A stretch of 64,000 bases of DNA from Schizochytrium sp. TIO01 (lineage: Eukaryota > Protista > Bigyra: Labyrinthulomycetes), in assembly GCA_004764695.1 (NCBI GenBank), contig SMSO01000007.1:372001-436000 (forward strand), read 5' to 3'. A program made the translations under genes and the position numbers. How positions within the stretch are numbered: position 1 is the first letter of the stretch; each line of letters opens with the position of its first letter. The notes under the pieces were generated by a model, which saw nothing but the letters and a program-made list of their open reading frames with translations, did no database searches and was not told the DNA's origin. Below, in pieces: positions 1-13,265 of the stretch.

Positions 1-3000
1 TGCATTTGGTGATGCACGTGTTCTATCAAGAAGTGCTGTGCACCTTGTCTCCTCACCTGCTCTGCAAGACAATCAACCAACGCAATGAGTTCTTCCCTGG
101 TAGGGCAGGCCTCCTGCTTTGTAATTTCGCCCAAACATTTGATGCCATTCTTCTTCAGGCACTTCGTTTCCCAAAGTGAGTGTCCTCATCACCACTAAAA
201 AGAGAGATTGATTACCTTCCGCCTCCGTTGCGACGCCGTGATGACGCCATGTTGGCCTTTTCACTCCGCCATTCCCGCATGAATCCCACGGCGGTTCTCA
301 CTTTCCCTTATTCTCGCCTTCGCACCACAGAACTTCGGCCAAAGCCGGCTTATGCGAGTGCGTACGTACGTACGCTTACTCTCGCTCGCAGAGGCGATGG
401 CCGTGATTGCAGTCATCGTCATCGTCATCGACTTCGTCTTCGCCGGAACTCGCTTCTTCGTATACGCATATTTATTTCTGCCTTCGGTTCTGTGCTCCTC
501 TGGTGCACTTGCTTTTGGGGCTCCATCATCGTTTTTACCTCAGAAGTACGACTCCTCCCTCCCGAAACAAGTGGGATCTGCGTGAGAAAAGTGCGACGTT
601 AGTGCGATCTAATCAATCGGCCGAGGGACTTTCTTCGAACTCGGGCCCGAGATGGATTCCAGGATGTGGACGGACAGCGTCCATGCGAGTGACAACGATC
701 TAGCGATGCATTCAACCAATCAATCAATCAATTAATCAATCAGTCAATCAACAATTAAGCAAGCAAGCAAGCAAGCACGGGCTCACGGCAGCTTGGGCGA
801 GTTTGTTTAGATGAAATTGCCATGCTTTGGTCGCTTTCGAGATTTTGTGGAATCACTGATCTGCACTGGGTCTGTAAGACCTTGGAGCGCCGGATGGTTG
901 GCTGCTACTTGAACAAGCCATCAGCTTCCGCAAACGATTCGGCGGCGAGCACTCTTCTTCAGAAATGTGTAAATTAGTAAGGATGTAAGTAAGCAAACAT
1001 ACAATTTGATCGATGAGTAAGTAAATGAGATAGATGTGTCATCCGGATATACAGCTAGCTATTCTGAGCGATCAAATCGGCCAGGCACCCAGCTGCTATT
1101 TACTTATGAATTAGTTCTTCATGTACGTGCGTATGTCTGTATTTGTATTGACTTGTTTTATGTATCGAGCCAACTCAAGTTTCGTCGTCCATCTAACTAT
1201 GCAATTGATTATCCTCAGGGCACCAGGTTCCTCAGGAATGGAAGAACCTTGCGGCAGTATGTCTATCTATCCATCTACATTAGTCTGTAAAACCCAGCGA
1301 CACTCGAGCCATTAATCCTGTATTTTTCAGAGCTCATCCCGAGCGCGCGAGGCCACCGAATCCCAAACGGAGCACGCCAGAAACCTCAAACAAAGCAAGC
1401 AAAAGCGAGCGTCTCCAACTAATTCTTTTGATCTTCTTCTTCTTCTTCTTCTCCAAGTTGTCTCCATCGCCTGCGAACCGCCAGTCCTACCCTTTCCACT
1501 ATATAAAGCGCTAGTCGTGAAAGAGAGAAGAAGAAAAAAGAAGAAGAAGAAGAAGAAGAAGAAGTCGGCTTGGCCCTCCAAGCCTCTGAGCAGGAAGGAG
1601 GGCCGTTTCTTTGGAGGCGAGGGGTTCGAGGAAGCTCGTTCCTGTAGTCTCGAGGTGTTTTGGAATACGGTCAATACACCCTCTTCCCTGGCACAGCCAA
1701 GCTCCTAAATAAGGGCACGTCCAGGAGCCCGGCCCTCTTCGGCTTCGTTCGACCAATGGCCATCGATCGCAATAAAAACAAACATAATTATTAAAAATTA
1801 AAGGAAAAAAAAAAAATTGATACCGGCTAAAGTGAACCGGGTGGAAAGAGGGGCGCCTGTGGTGCGGATTCCCCCTCTGAACCCCGCTGTTGTGGCAGCT
1901 GTTGGCGAGCGTCCACGCGCCTGGAAGCTAATTCATCGCTCAAATAGCTTCTCCACAAGTACCAGGTCTCCCCGCAGCCACCTGGAGCACGTGCTCGAGC
2001 GTGCCCTGCAGGTGTGGGGGGACCCGCGCAGAGCCCTGCCGAGTGACCGCAATCGTGGCGAACCAGCAGCTTTCATCCTCTCTCTGTCTTCGCGATCTCA
2101 CTTGGGTGTAGACCAGTGGTCGCCAGCTCCAACGGGGCGCTCGGAGCAGCATCGTAAAGGCAGGTTCTCTTCAAAAACAGAGCTGATGAGAACTTCTATT
2201 TCACGGCCAGAAGCACAGGTTCCTTTTGGTGGTCTCGAGTGCTCCGTTTTGTTATGTTGCTGAATAGGTCTTTACTTATAACATGAAACATAGAATCTTA
2301 CAATTAACTAGAGAGGTAGGTTTATGATCAATAAAAATTAAGTAGAAATAAAAATACGATGTCGTGGATAAGCGTTGTTTCGCAATTCAGAATGTTTGGA
2401 GCTCACGCCTGATTACTCAGAACTATGTATCTATGTATCTATGTATCTATCGTGAAGGAGGCAGGCTGCGGCTAAGGGTTTAGGTAGAAGTAGCCTGTTC
2501 AGCTTGTTTGTTGCTCCTCCACCCGTCCTTCGTTTCTTTTTCAATTATTAATTATATATGTATATATTTAAAGGGTTTATTTTTAATATAAAGTATTTTT
2601 CTTCTTCTTTGAGAATCTTTATGATGGCGTCTAATGATTTTGACGGACTGAGTTGAAGCCACCTCGAGGATGCATGAGAAGAGGTTCGCGGGGCAATTCA
2701 GCCGCACAAAGAGCGAGCGGGGGAGGAGCAGCGCCGTCTACAGGTCCTTCCGGGTGGGCTAAGCGTGAGATCTTTGAGGCGACACGGACTAAAACTGGAG
2801 GAGAATAAGAAGGACGAAGCTTCAGGACTGCTACTGGCAACCCTCTCTTTTTCTTTATTCCATGTTTTAATTCTCATGATTTTTATTTAAGCAACAACAA
2901 AGAAGAGAAGAAGAAATGAAATACATTAATACATTTGTATTGGATTAATAAAATTAATTATATAACACTATTTTAAAATAAAACAAAATTAAAGATAGAT

Positions 3001-3088
3001 TGTATGAAATAAATCGGGCACCAATATGGGGAAAAGGGGTGGAAACGTTGTCGTTCATTCTTCCACTTGAGAAAGTGAGAAAAGAAAG

Positions 3089-3119
<31 letters not shown>

Positions 3120-6100
3120 AGAATTAGTGAATAGTAAGAAAAGAGAAAAAATAAAATAAAAATACTGATGATGAGAAATGGTTTTATATAAGCAGAGATA
3201 CCACGAAAAAGTAGAAAATTGATCTTGGACGCTTTGAACGTGCGTGCGGAGATCAACAAAAACCTGTATGGCAAAATCTCGGCGCCCGAGGACAGGGCAA
3301 ACAAGGGCCGTTTCTCTTTGGGGAATACTCGAGGAGGGCATATAATAAGGCTTAGGATCAGCTGTTCACATTGGTGATCGCAAGTGAGTCTTGGCGATCA
3401 CAAGGTGTTGGGTACTATAAAGACTAAATTACCCCCTTCCTCATTCATTCTTAAGCCATTTTCAAGTTTTGTAGAATGGATTACGAGGTATGGAGAAAGA
3501 AGAATAGTCAGAGTTTTTCAGTGTTGGAAGATGGAGCCAAAGGACAAAATGTGAGCGGCTCCAATTTGTTTAGACTTTGCTTTTTTGATGTTCAACATTA
3601 AAGAACGGAGTGCTCGCTATCTATTGCAAACGTTTCGTTGAAGAACGAGAAAGACGGGCAAGATCATCGAGTGTAGCCACGGGTTATCCTGCGAATAAGC
3701 GGATGGCTACCGTCAATCGAGGCGCTGAAAATAACAGAAACCAGTCGAGAGATGTTGTTGCTCTGAGGCAAATCTCTTTGTCCAGCGTTGAGTTGTCTGT
3801 AACAGAGCAGGTTGAAAAAGAATTCAAGTTGACTTTCTTTGCAGACAAACAAACTTCCGGAGGTGTACGTGACATTTTGTCATCTTGGAATAAAAACACC
3901 ATAACCATTTGAGGAAAACGCAAATTTTAGTCAGTCAATCATCCAAAAGGATACTAGTCTGCTGTATGTCTCACTTCTTTTTTTATTTTTGTTTTATAGG
4001 GTGTCTTGAAAGAAGTGCAAAGGGAATGTAATTGCTATACGGACAAATTGGCATAGCCGCTGCTATCGACTTAGTTGTCATGGGAATTACTGCTGTCCTC
4101 TTATCTAGCTAATTAAATTCACGGACTCAATTAACACTTTTTTTTTTTCTAATTTCTCTAATTCCGAAAAAGTTGTAGGACTTGAAGGGCCGTCATTCGA
4201 CATTTTTTCTCGTCAATCGGCCTCAAGGGGTCTTATTATAAAAATTCAAAAGCTCAGCTATCCATCATTTAAAAATTCTAAACAATTCTGATCATAGCCT
4301 CTCCGCGATTCTTGAAACTATATTGATCAAAGGCATACCTCGCAAACAATTTCACATTTAGAATCAGCGTCTCGGCGAGATCTAATTCCTGCTATATTTC
4401 AATATTCACGCAAATTCATTTTTTGCCACCAGGCTGTGAGGGTGATATGAATGTCACTCATTTTCAGTTTTTCATATCAAATACCACATAACAGCATAAT
4501 TGGCGCTGCAAATTTTAAGTTCCCTAAAATGTCTCGTACGCATATACATCAGAACCCCCTGCAATTTTCTTCAAAATTCTCAAACCCAGCCTTGCCATTC
4601 GAGGACCTCACGTCAAAGGAAACTAATTCTATACAGCTAGCTAACTGATAGCTCGCCCATAGAGGCGGGCTCCTGTGGTGCTTACTAACTAACTAACTAG
4701 CTCGCTACCAACTCAAAGTTCAATACACAAGACCATAAAAGAACATGATAAAAAATTGAAAAGAAAAGAAAAAAACATTGAAACGAGGGGTTCTACAATG
4801 AAATCAAATCAATCGAACAAAAACCGTCGCCAAGTCTTCAGAATTTGTTGGGCTTCCTTCCTCCTTGCTCTTGCCAGGCCCGTAGGAGATTCCACTGTGT
4901 GCCTGCTAACGCCAAGTTCACGAGTCGCTTGACGATTTGATATTATTCCCCATCGTGCGAGAAAACAGAAGGAAACCAAGGGTCCCTGCTGCGGGCAAAA
5001 GAGTACAACAAATAAACAAATCAATAAACTAATAAATCAATAAACTAATAAATAAACTAATTAATAAACAAATCAATAGGCGGTCGTCTCGTGTCTTGTT
5101 CTGTCGCATTGCTTTCTTCGCCAGGCCGCGCGGACAGTCTTTCGTTCGTTCCCTGTTCTGTGACACCTCGCTGTCGTCAAGGTCATCGTAAAACTGGCGC
5201 CGACTAGCGGCTGCAGCCGCCGAATGCGTGCATGCGTGCCTCGGTGACAAGCCTTCTGTCTGTACTTGATGCCTTCAGATGCATGCAATCAATGCTGTTG
5301 CATATTGCGGCGCTTTGGGACGTCGATGAGGGAAAGAGCATTGCTTCGCGCTTGCTAAGACGAGAATTGGAAACTCCTTCCACGAACTAAGGACTCGAAT
5401 TACATTACACGCAGCGCAGAGAATTGATTGAATTACACTTAGATTGTGCAGAATCAGCTCTTGCTCCATTCTCGCCCAATCTGAGCCGCTCTGCTTTGCA
5501 CGGAGTGGATTTGCGTTTGGCCTGGCGTGACCTCGCTTGAGCTTTGCGTGTTCACGAAATCGACCAGAAAGTCCATCCGCAATTCATGGCCATCACAGCG
5601 CGGACGCGGGCGAGGAAGGCCAGGGAGATCCCCAAAGAAGCGGAACAGCCAGCTCAACTCAACTCCGCTCAACTAAACTCAACTCAACTCAGCACGTGCT
5701 CCGTTGTGCTGGTCTGCCTCTGTCAGTGCTTGTTCTCATTGCCGTCGTTGTCGTTGCTGTCATTGCTGTTATTGTTGTTGGTTCACAGGTGTGCCGCTGT
5801 CGAGGATGCTGGCGAAGACCACGATGAACAAAGCATCCCGTTTGGCGATGGTTGTTGCGGAGGAAGTCGCTCAGGTCGGCTCGTTTCAGCTAGCGGCACA
5901 GTGCGCTCTTTGTGCTTTGGGCGATCTCGGTGGCGTGTCCTGAGCGCTTCTTCGATGGCCTCTTCGCGAGAGAACTTCACCAAGACTTCCTTCGTCTTTG
6001 CAGTCCTCGTTTCGTCACCAGTATGGACCGTAACGAACGAACGAGCGAGTCAGCTCCTTCCTGGGACGCCACGCAAGCACGACGCCGGGGTCGGTCTCGA

Positions 6101-7400
6101 GGAGGCGCCGACCAGCCCCTTTTCGAGATCGTGTCGGGCAAGCTCTGGGACGCCGGTCTTCTGCTGGGGCTTAGAGAGGAGCACGGCATTCATCTCCAAA
6201 AGCTTTTGTTTTGCCACTCTATGCAAATGCAATGCAATGCAATGGCCTCAGGGGACCCGCACCGCGGCAGGATCCCCAAAGGTTCCGCGCGGGTTCCGCA
6301 GTTTACAGCAGCGGCATTGCATTGCTTTGCTTTCCTTTACTTTGCTTTGCTTTTTAGGTTTCTGAAAGAGATAGATATCAGGGCCTTGAGGATTGGTTGT
6401 TGGGTGCATAGGATGGTTGGGTCTCAGGAGCACGTGGCGATGACTGCCTCTCTCTGGGCTGTTGGAGCCCCTTCGCCGCTGCCAGCGAGTGCGTCCGCGG
6501 AGCGATCGATCGTTGAAGTGGTCTGTTTATGTATGTATGTATGTATCTATCTATCTATATATTTGTTCAACCTATCTGTGCGAGATTTTGTAGGAATGGA
6601 AGGCGTTTGCAAAAATTGAAGAAGTTGAGTGCGCAAACCTAAACAAGAATAAGAGAACGGCTGGAGAAGCTGAGCGGCTGTGAGCTGTCTTGTGCAGCGG
6701 CGTCTACGAAGCGGTTCTTCCACGGCTTCTGTGCAATGTCAACGTCTTCTGGCGTCCATTTTATCTGAGATAGATGAAGAAACCACATTTACATTCTTAA
6801 TCCTCCAAAAGAAGAAGAAAAGGAAGATTTTATATATATATTTTTAAATAAAAAAATTAAAGTTAACTTTGTAACTCATTCTCAAAGTAAGTAACTGAGT
6901 AAGTAAGTAGCAATAATCATTTTACATAAAACAAACAGAAAACTTGCAAGTAAAGAAAAGAGAAAGAAAAGGTTTTTTGAGGGCAAAGTGAGATAATAAA
7001 GCAAACTATAGAATATTTAGTCGCTCGTTGATTGATTGTTTGATTGTTTCTTTTTGTTTCTTTTTTGTCCAAAAGAAGAAGAAGAAGAAGTGTCGCCAAT
7101 TTCTCATGGCCGGGGGCCGCGGCTTGAGCAAAACGAAGGCAGAGATGGACAAATGGCCTTTCGACGCCCTCCAAGATAGGCCCAGACACGTCTTTCTGCT
7201 GAGGCGGCGGCTTATTTGGCGGACCTCAGCTGGCTCCCGCAACGGCGATTACGTTGTTGTCGTTAATTTGAAAGAAATCAGCCCAAAGGCTGCTTCTGCG
7301 AAGGCGAGAGCTGAATTCGTGTTGAAACTTTATGTATGAGGACTATCATTTTCTGTCGCATTATTGTTAGGAACCTATCGCAATTGCTTAGTGAGTGTGT

Positions 7401-7552
7401 TGTTTGTTTGTTTGTTTGTTTGTTTGTTTGTTTGTTTGTTTGTTTGTTTGTTTGTTTGTTTGTTTGTTTATTTGTTTGTTTGTTTGTTTGTTTGTTTGTT
7501 TGTTTGTTTGTTTGTTTGTTTGTTTGTTTGTTTGTTTGTTTGTTTGTTTGTT
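7401..7552. repeat. (TTTG)n microsatellite, about 38 units
   Basis: Near-perfect tetranucleotide run with a single TTTA interruption near 7470. Confidence 0.99.
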
Positions 7553-7779
7553 CGAGGTAGTCATGCATGTCAGTTATGTGATGCCTTCATTTACGTCCCT
7601 CCTCCTTTAAATCTTTCTTTACCTCTATTCTACTTATAGTTTTTAAGGAAAGCAATTAATAAACTTATCTTATTATTATTATTTTAATTTAAAAAAAAAA
7701 AAAAAAGGCTGGGATAGAAGGGGTTGAAGAAGAGCGAATACCCATTCCACAAATCGAGCATTATGTATTTATGTACCTA

Positions 7780-8830
7780 CGCAGGTATTTTCGCGTTGGA
7801 CTTAAACTTGGAGCCAACGCGAATGCAAGTGATCAGGTCGAGGATAGCTTGAACGTACCTGGACACTCATGACCGCAAGAGCGACCATGAGCGTGCTCAA
7901 AATAAATTCCTCGTTGTTTCAAGTCTCACTGTCTGTTGTTGTTGACAAGATGGCGCAGGTGTGCGCATGCATATATAGCATATCATATCATCATCATCAT
8001 CATCATACACACCGGTTTGCACAGCACGTTCATCGTGTTCTTCGCCAGCCATCCAGAGAAAGAACCGAGGCTTGTGCAATCTATTTCTTAGTCAATCCCA
8101 TTCGCCACTCAGCTCGGAAACACCTGCGTGCGGCTTGAGCGAGTTGGGTTTGTTCGCATGCTTGGAGATGGACCTTCTTCAAGGCTCGAGCCGTCTTTGT
8201 CGATGAATGTGCCGCAACTTCGAACTGCAATTCCTGACGAAACGACATCCATGATAGATATCCACGAACCTCGGCACGTACTCGGCCTCGAGGAAAACGG
8301 TTTGTTTGTCAAAGGCGGCCTGGGCTCGATTCGGCCTCGAAGCGATCCCAATGATCTGAATTGCGCCTCGTGGCCACGTCTTTTGCAGCGGTCCTAAACG
8401 CTTGCAAAGAAAGAAGCCAACTTCTCGTTGGGTTATCTTGGGTTCTTTAGAGAATGCTTCGAGTTTGTTTTGCAGCGAATTCATTCATTCATTCATTCAT
8501 TCATTCGCAGACAACGAACTCGGAAGAACTCGAAGATCGATGGGTTCATCGATTGATTGATTGAGCGGCAGAAGAGCATCATCTTCTTCGCAGAGAGAAA
8601 CTCGAGCTCTTTAAAGGATTTCTGGGCAGAGTTGCCGATTGCGAAGAAAGACAACAGAGTGCATACGGGTCAGCTCAATGTCGCTCTCAATGCTTTTGAT
8701 GTTGATTCTTCTTTGTAAACAGATTGAGAGCCTTTGCTCATCGAGGATGTCGGTTGAGAATAGACGCTTATTTTCAAGGTTTAGATCTTCTTCATTCGAT
8801 GCTCTAAGGACCTCATGGTAGTAAAGTGTT
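7780..8830 (-). pseudogene. Probable decayed gene of unknown family, interrupted by microsatellites
   Basis: Successive protein-like minus-strand segments (HEVLRASNEEDLNLENKRLFSTDILDEQRL..., KLEAFSKEPKITQREVGFF...VFLEAEYVPRFVDIYHG, NNEEFILSTLMVALAV) separated by stops, frameshifts and (GAAT)n/(GAT)n runs. No family motif recognised. Confidence 0.3.
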
Positions 8831-9778
8831 CGAAATACCCTTTTACAAATACTTTAATTAAAAAAATAAAAAAATAAAAAGATTGAAAAAACTCTGGTCT
8901 TGACCAATTGGGAAAAAGGTTCTTTAGAGCATTTTTCAGGCTGAAGAACCTTTTTCTGGTGGACCAATCTTTGGCGGTAGGCAGCGATCGATCTGCATTG
9001 AATGAATCGAGGCTACACGTAGCAGAAGCAGCAACGATCGCCACGCAGGTTGGTTATCCTTCCAAAACCTTTCTTTCTTGCTTGCTTGCTTGCTTTTCTT
9101 CTCGTTGTCCATTCACGGGGGATGAGTGGTGCGGTACAGCACTAAAACAATGAAGCAATAAAAAAAGAAAGTAATTGAAATGAAAGTATAATTCCTATGA
9201 TGTCCAAAAACAATTGTTTATCTGCCTATTGATTTTTATAAATTTGACATGATGAGTGGGAGTTGTTACTTTCGTAGGGGTTCAGCGGGAGTGAAAGGGC
9301 GATTCAGCTGTGACCAGAAATCAGTTGGATCTCTGTAAAAGGTGGCCAGGAAAATGCCTATGGTGCGAGGATTGGTAGCAAAAAGCGGAATCGCATGGGG
9401 AGTGGAAACGGAGAAGAGAACCGTCATCTGTCGTAGACAGACCAACTTAATTAAGTTCAAGGCCATCTCCGTCCAGAAGCGTACTTATGCCAGAGACAAC
9501 TTGCTTGCTTGCTTGTCTGCTTCTTAGTATCGCCATCGCAATCATTATAGTGATCATTGCCATGGTATCTCCATCATGATCGAGACTATCGCTGGTATTG
9601 ATTGATATCGTCGCCGTGGTCGTCTTTATGGTGGTTTACGATAGTCACAATTCCTGCGCCACTCAGTCAGTCGCATACATATATTATATATACTTATCTA
9701 CATACTAGCTCGCTCGAGGTGACTGTGTATGATTTGCTCCACCTTTCGTTTGCTTTTGGTTGGTTTGCGTTTAAGGAA

Positions 9779-10950
9779 ATGGGTGCAAACCTATCTACGC
9801 AGCGGTAGATAGATAGATACCTTTAGATTGTCAAGTTTGGTTTGGTTTTGGTGCTCTTGATCTCGTGTCTGCTTGTTTGTTGAGCGAGGGTTTCGAGGCT
9901 TCCCAGGCTGATCTTGGAACGCCTCTGAGCGAGCACGATGGGTGCTGCAGCACAGCCGGTTTCTTCAGGCGTTGATTATTTGTCGGTGCGTAGCTTCGAG
10001 CCTGCAATGCATCGATCGACTACGTTCAAGGTGCACAATTTCTACGCCGCGGTCGTGTTCATGCATAAGATCGGCAAAAGGTGAAGGCACCTTCATATTC
10101 GTACTCGAGGAGTAGAAAGAAGAAAACCAAGAAAGTCTCATGGCATGGCCACCCTACTAGCTAGAACTGCGCTATAATGTGTTATTGCTGTTGCGTTCAA
10201 GATCACTGAAGAGGCCACTAAATGCCTACGTGCTACCTACTCGAAACCAAGAAGCAAAAGGCAGAGTTTTCCAGCTCCAGGGAAGAATCGTTTCACGATT
10301 GAAGGATCAACGTGTTTTTTAAAAAGCGGATTATGGCTTGAGCAGGCAAAACGGCGCCCGTTCTCTTGCTTTCGCTAACGCTACGCTCAAAATCATCGAC
10401 CTGGATTTTCTACCAACTCACAAGCGAGTTTAGAAACTGAGATGATGGAATGGTAAGAGGGAGTTTTTACTCAAAAGGCGGCCTAGAAAACAAACTATGA
10501 GACACACCTGCACACACTCACGTTCTTGAAGGCAGCTGTAGATATCAAGCTAAACCGACAATAGGAGACGTTGGCCCTGAGCTAGCTGATTACGGAAGTC
10601 CAATTGGCGGTCCAGAGATATCTGCTTCTCTGATTTACAGGTTATCAGGCTAAGTCGAAGCCATAAGAAGAGGGCGATCGATCACTTGTCGTCCGCAAGC
10701 CAAAAAAGCTTATTATGGTGGCAGGTTTCAAAAGCTTTAATCCCCGTTTTCAGCAAAAGTTCAAGTCCGCCCTGTCATATCTGGTTGGTGCTGTAGACAA
10801 TAATGATCAGAATAATCATATAAGTATTCTTCGAGGCGCAAACAACGTGGACTGGCAGGGCGAGCGTATAGCCAACTTTCCTGTAAAGACTGCATATCTA
10901 CGTGCGTCCAAGCTCGAAGAAATCGTGGCTTTCGAAAGCCGTCGAAAAGT
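9779..10950 (+). pseudogene. Possible decayed gene of unknown family
   Basis: Repeat-poor, coding-like stretch: MGANLSTQR followed by GT at ~9806, MGAAAQPVS... at 9938, and a 103-codon remnant (10715-11026) 'FQQKFKSALSYLVGAVD...LRASKLEEIVAFESRRK'. Many stops. Confidence 0.3.
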
Positions 10951-13265
10951 ATGTACTGCTATTAGTACCGAGGTACTTTTTTCACCTTCCCTTTTCTCTG
11001 AGTGCACATTCTCGTTACTGGTTTGATTGATAGTTTTATTTTTTTATTTATTTTTAAGTTTTTTCGAATTAGAAAAAATAAAAAATAAAAATGTAAATGT
11101 TAGAAAAGAAAGAGAAAGAGAGAAAGAGGACGCTTCGAAAATAAATGCACGCTATTCTTTCTTCTAGTAGGAAAGCGAATTCTGAAGTTGGTACTACTAC
11201 CACTTTGTGTAAGGGTTCATTACGGTAAGGTTGCGCCAAGCCCAAACTGCCATTTAAAGTGGCACGGACTAATGAATCAGCGCTTGGTTGAGATGAATTA
11301 AGTTCTTGAAAACCAAAAAAATGCTTGAACTATGCTTAAGAACGAGCACGATAGCGTCTTCAGCTTCATTTAATCAGAATTCACCTCAGGGCGTGCTGCC
11401 AAATCCAAAGTTTTAAGTCGAAACTTGCAAAACGATTGAATGAATCAGCAATATTAAAAAACAATCTCATTGTACAGTGATTGATTGCAATACATCCATC
11501 GAACTGTTAACTGCATAGGGGCTTTTATATCATGGTGTAAGATTCGTTTCGAAATGAAAACAGGAAATCATTATGCTGATCTCGGATTTTACGAGCTAGA
11601 TAGATTTTATAAATGACAGACGTATATTGCGTGAACTTCTTTCCATCCTACAGTCATTCATTCATTTGTTTGGTTTTCCATTTCGCTGAAAAAATAAATT
11701 AGATTCTTAACTTGAGGTAGCTGGCTTCCTCAAATTCATTCCACGACGCCCAAAGAAAAAACTTTCTTGATTGAAGCTATAGGTGGGGGTGTACCTACTT
11801 GCAAGTACAGCTTGAGCTCTTTTGTCAGTGACTGAGCCAGTTTTTTTTTTTAACAAAGGACAATCAGAAAGAAGTCGAGGCGGCCAAATTTAATTTTTAA
11901 TTTAATTAAAAAAAAAGGAAAAGTTTACATTAAAAAAAAAAATTATGTTTGGCGACAGCGACAACTTCTCAATGTTTGTTTATTCATAATTCATGCGAGG
12001 CTTCGGTTCAGAGCATGGTGTTTAGTTTCTTCTCTCTAACTTTAGAATATCAAAGCAAAATTCAAGCTAAAGTAAACAAAATCAACCTATAGACTTCGCC
12101 TTGAAGTTGGAAAGAAAGACTTGCCAACCTTTAGAGTTTTGTAGGTCGTCATGGAGATTAAAAAGTAAATATGGAAAAATTAATCAACTATAAAGCATGT
12201 TTTAACTAAGCTTGGCTCCGGGAAGCAAAATCTATGCGCTGACCTGACCAGGTCTGACGGGGCCGAAGCCAATCCTACTCGAGACTCATAATTTTAAAAG
12301 TCAGAAGCAGCTCGAGCGCACGCCACTCAATATTCCAGAGTACGTTTTATTCTCTTGAACCTCATGAAAAAAACAACCGATTCTTCCTCTTGTGCGTGCG
12401 GCCTTTCCCATCGCTGATCTATCTGTCCACTTGAGCACAGTAGGTAGTAGTACAAAATACAAGTGTCAATCGTTGAAGTAATTTTTATTTAAAGTGAAAA
12501 AATTGGATATATATATAATATGAATAGATAAAGAAAAACTTTTTTGTTGAAGGGTTGAAGTTCTACTACATATAAGTAAAGAGTGGCTTTTAAAAAAGGA
12601 AAAAAATAAGGATTCATCTCGGAATGAAAGGAGCGCGTCTGGGACTGTTGTGATGGTTCTGATGACGATTGAAGCAGACCAGAGTTGGCTGGAAATTCCA
12701 ACATTTCGCCAAAGGACTTTATGATTAAGTTTGAATTAGACTTTTCCACGAATCTCAAAGAAGTGCTACTACAGGCAATTGGCTAGGAAGGAAGGAAAGT
12801 ATTGCTTTTAAAGATTTAAATTTTAATAGAGAAAGAAAGAGAAATGAATCACCTGATATAATGAATAAAAAAAGGAGAAAGAGAGAAATTCTAACTAATT
12901 TGAAAGAATAATTGTAAGTAGACCAGGACGCCTCAGCTGCGAATTATAGTACAGATCACTGGGAGATCCTACTGGCCACTAGAAGTGACTCGGAGCAGGC
13001 CGCAGCGCAGGCATTGCAAGCTCAGCAAATCCAAAACGTGGATCACAGAAAAAAACAAAACCAACAACACGACCACCAAGACAAGGCAAGCATCTATTGC
13101 TTAGATACTTGCTGCTTTGGAAATAGTCTGTGGACAGTATATCGATCGATATTATCTGGCTGCTGCGTTGAGCCGTGGAGACCTGAAAGCAAAACCATAA
13201 ATCCCCGCAACCTGTAGACAGACATCAAAGTCACCTTTGAAGTTTTGAGAAACTAATTTAGCAAA

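Noticed and set aside
5544-6619. Overlapping 273-aa and 235-aa + strand ORFs
   Set aside because: Non-ATG starts, they run through simple repeats, and no domain is recognisable. At most they are the shadow of a decayed minus-strand frame (6232-5783 with one TGA).
7278-7639. ORFs with (CLFV)n or (QTNK)n repeats
   Set aside because: These are translations of the (TTTG)n microsatellite.
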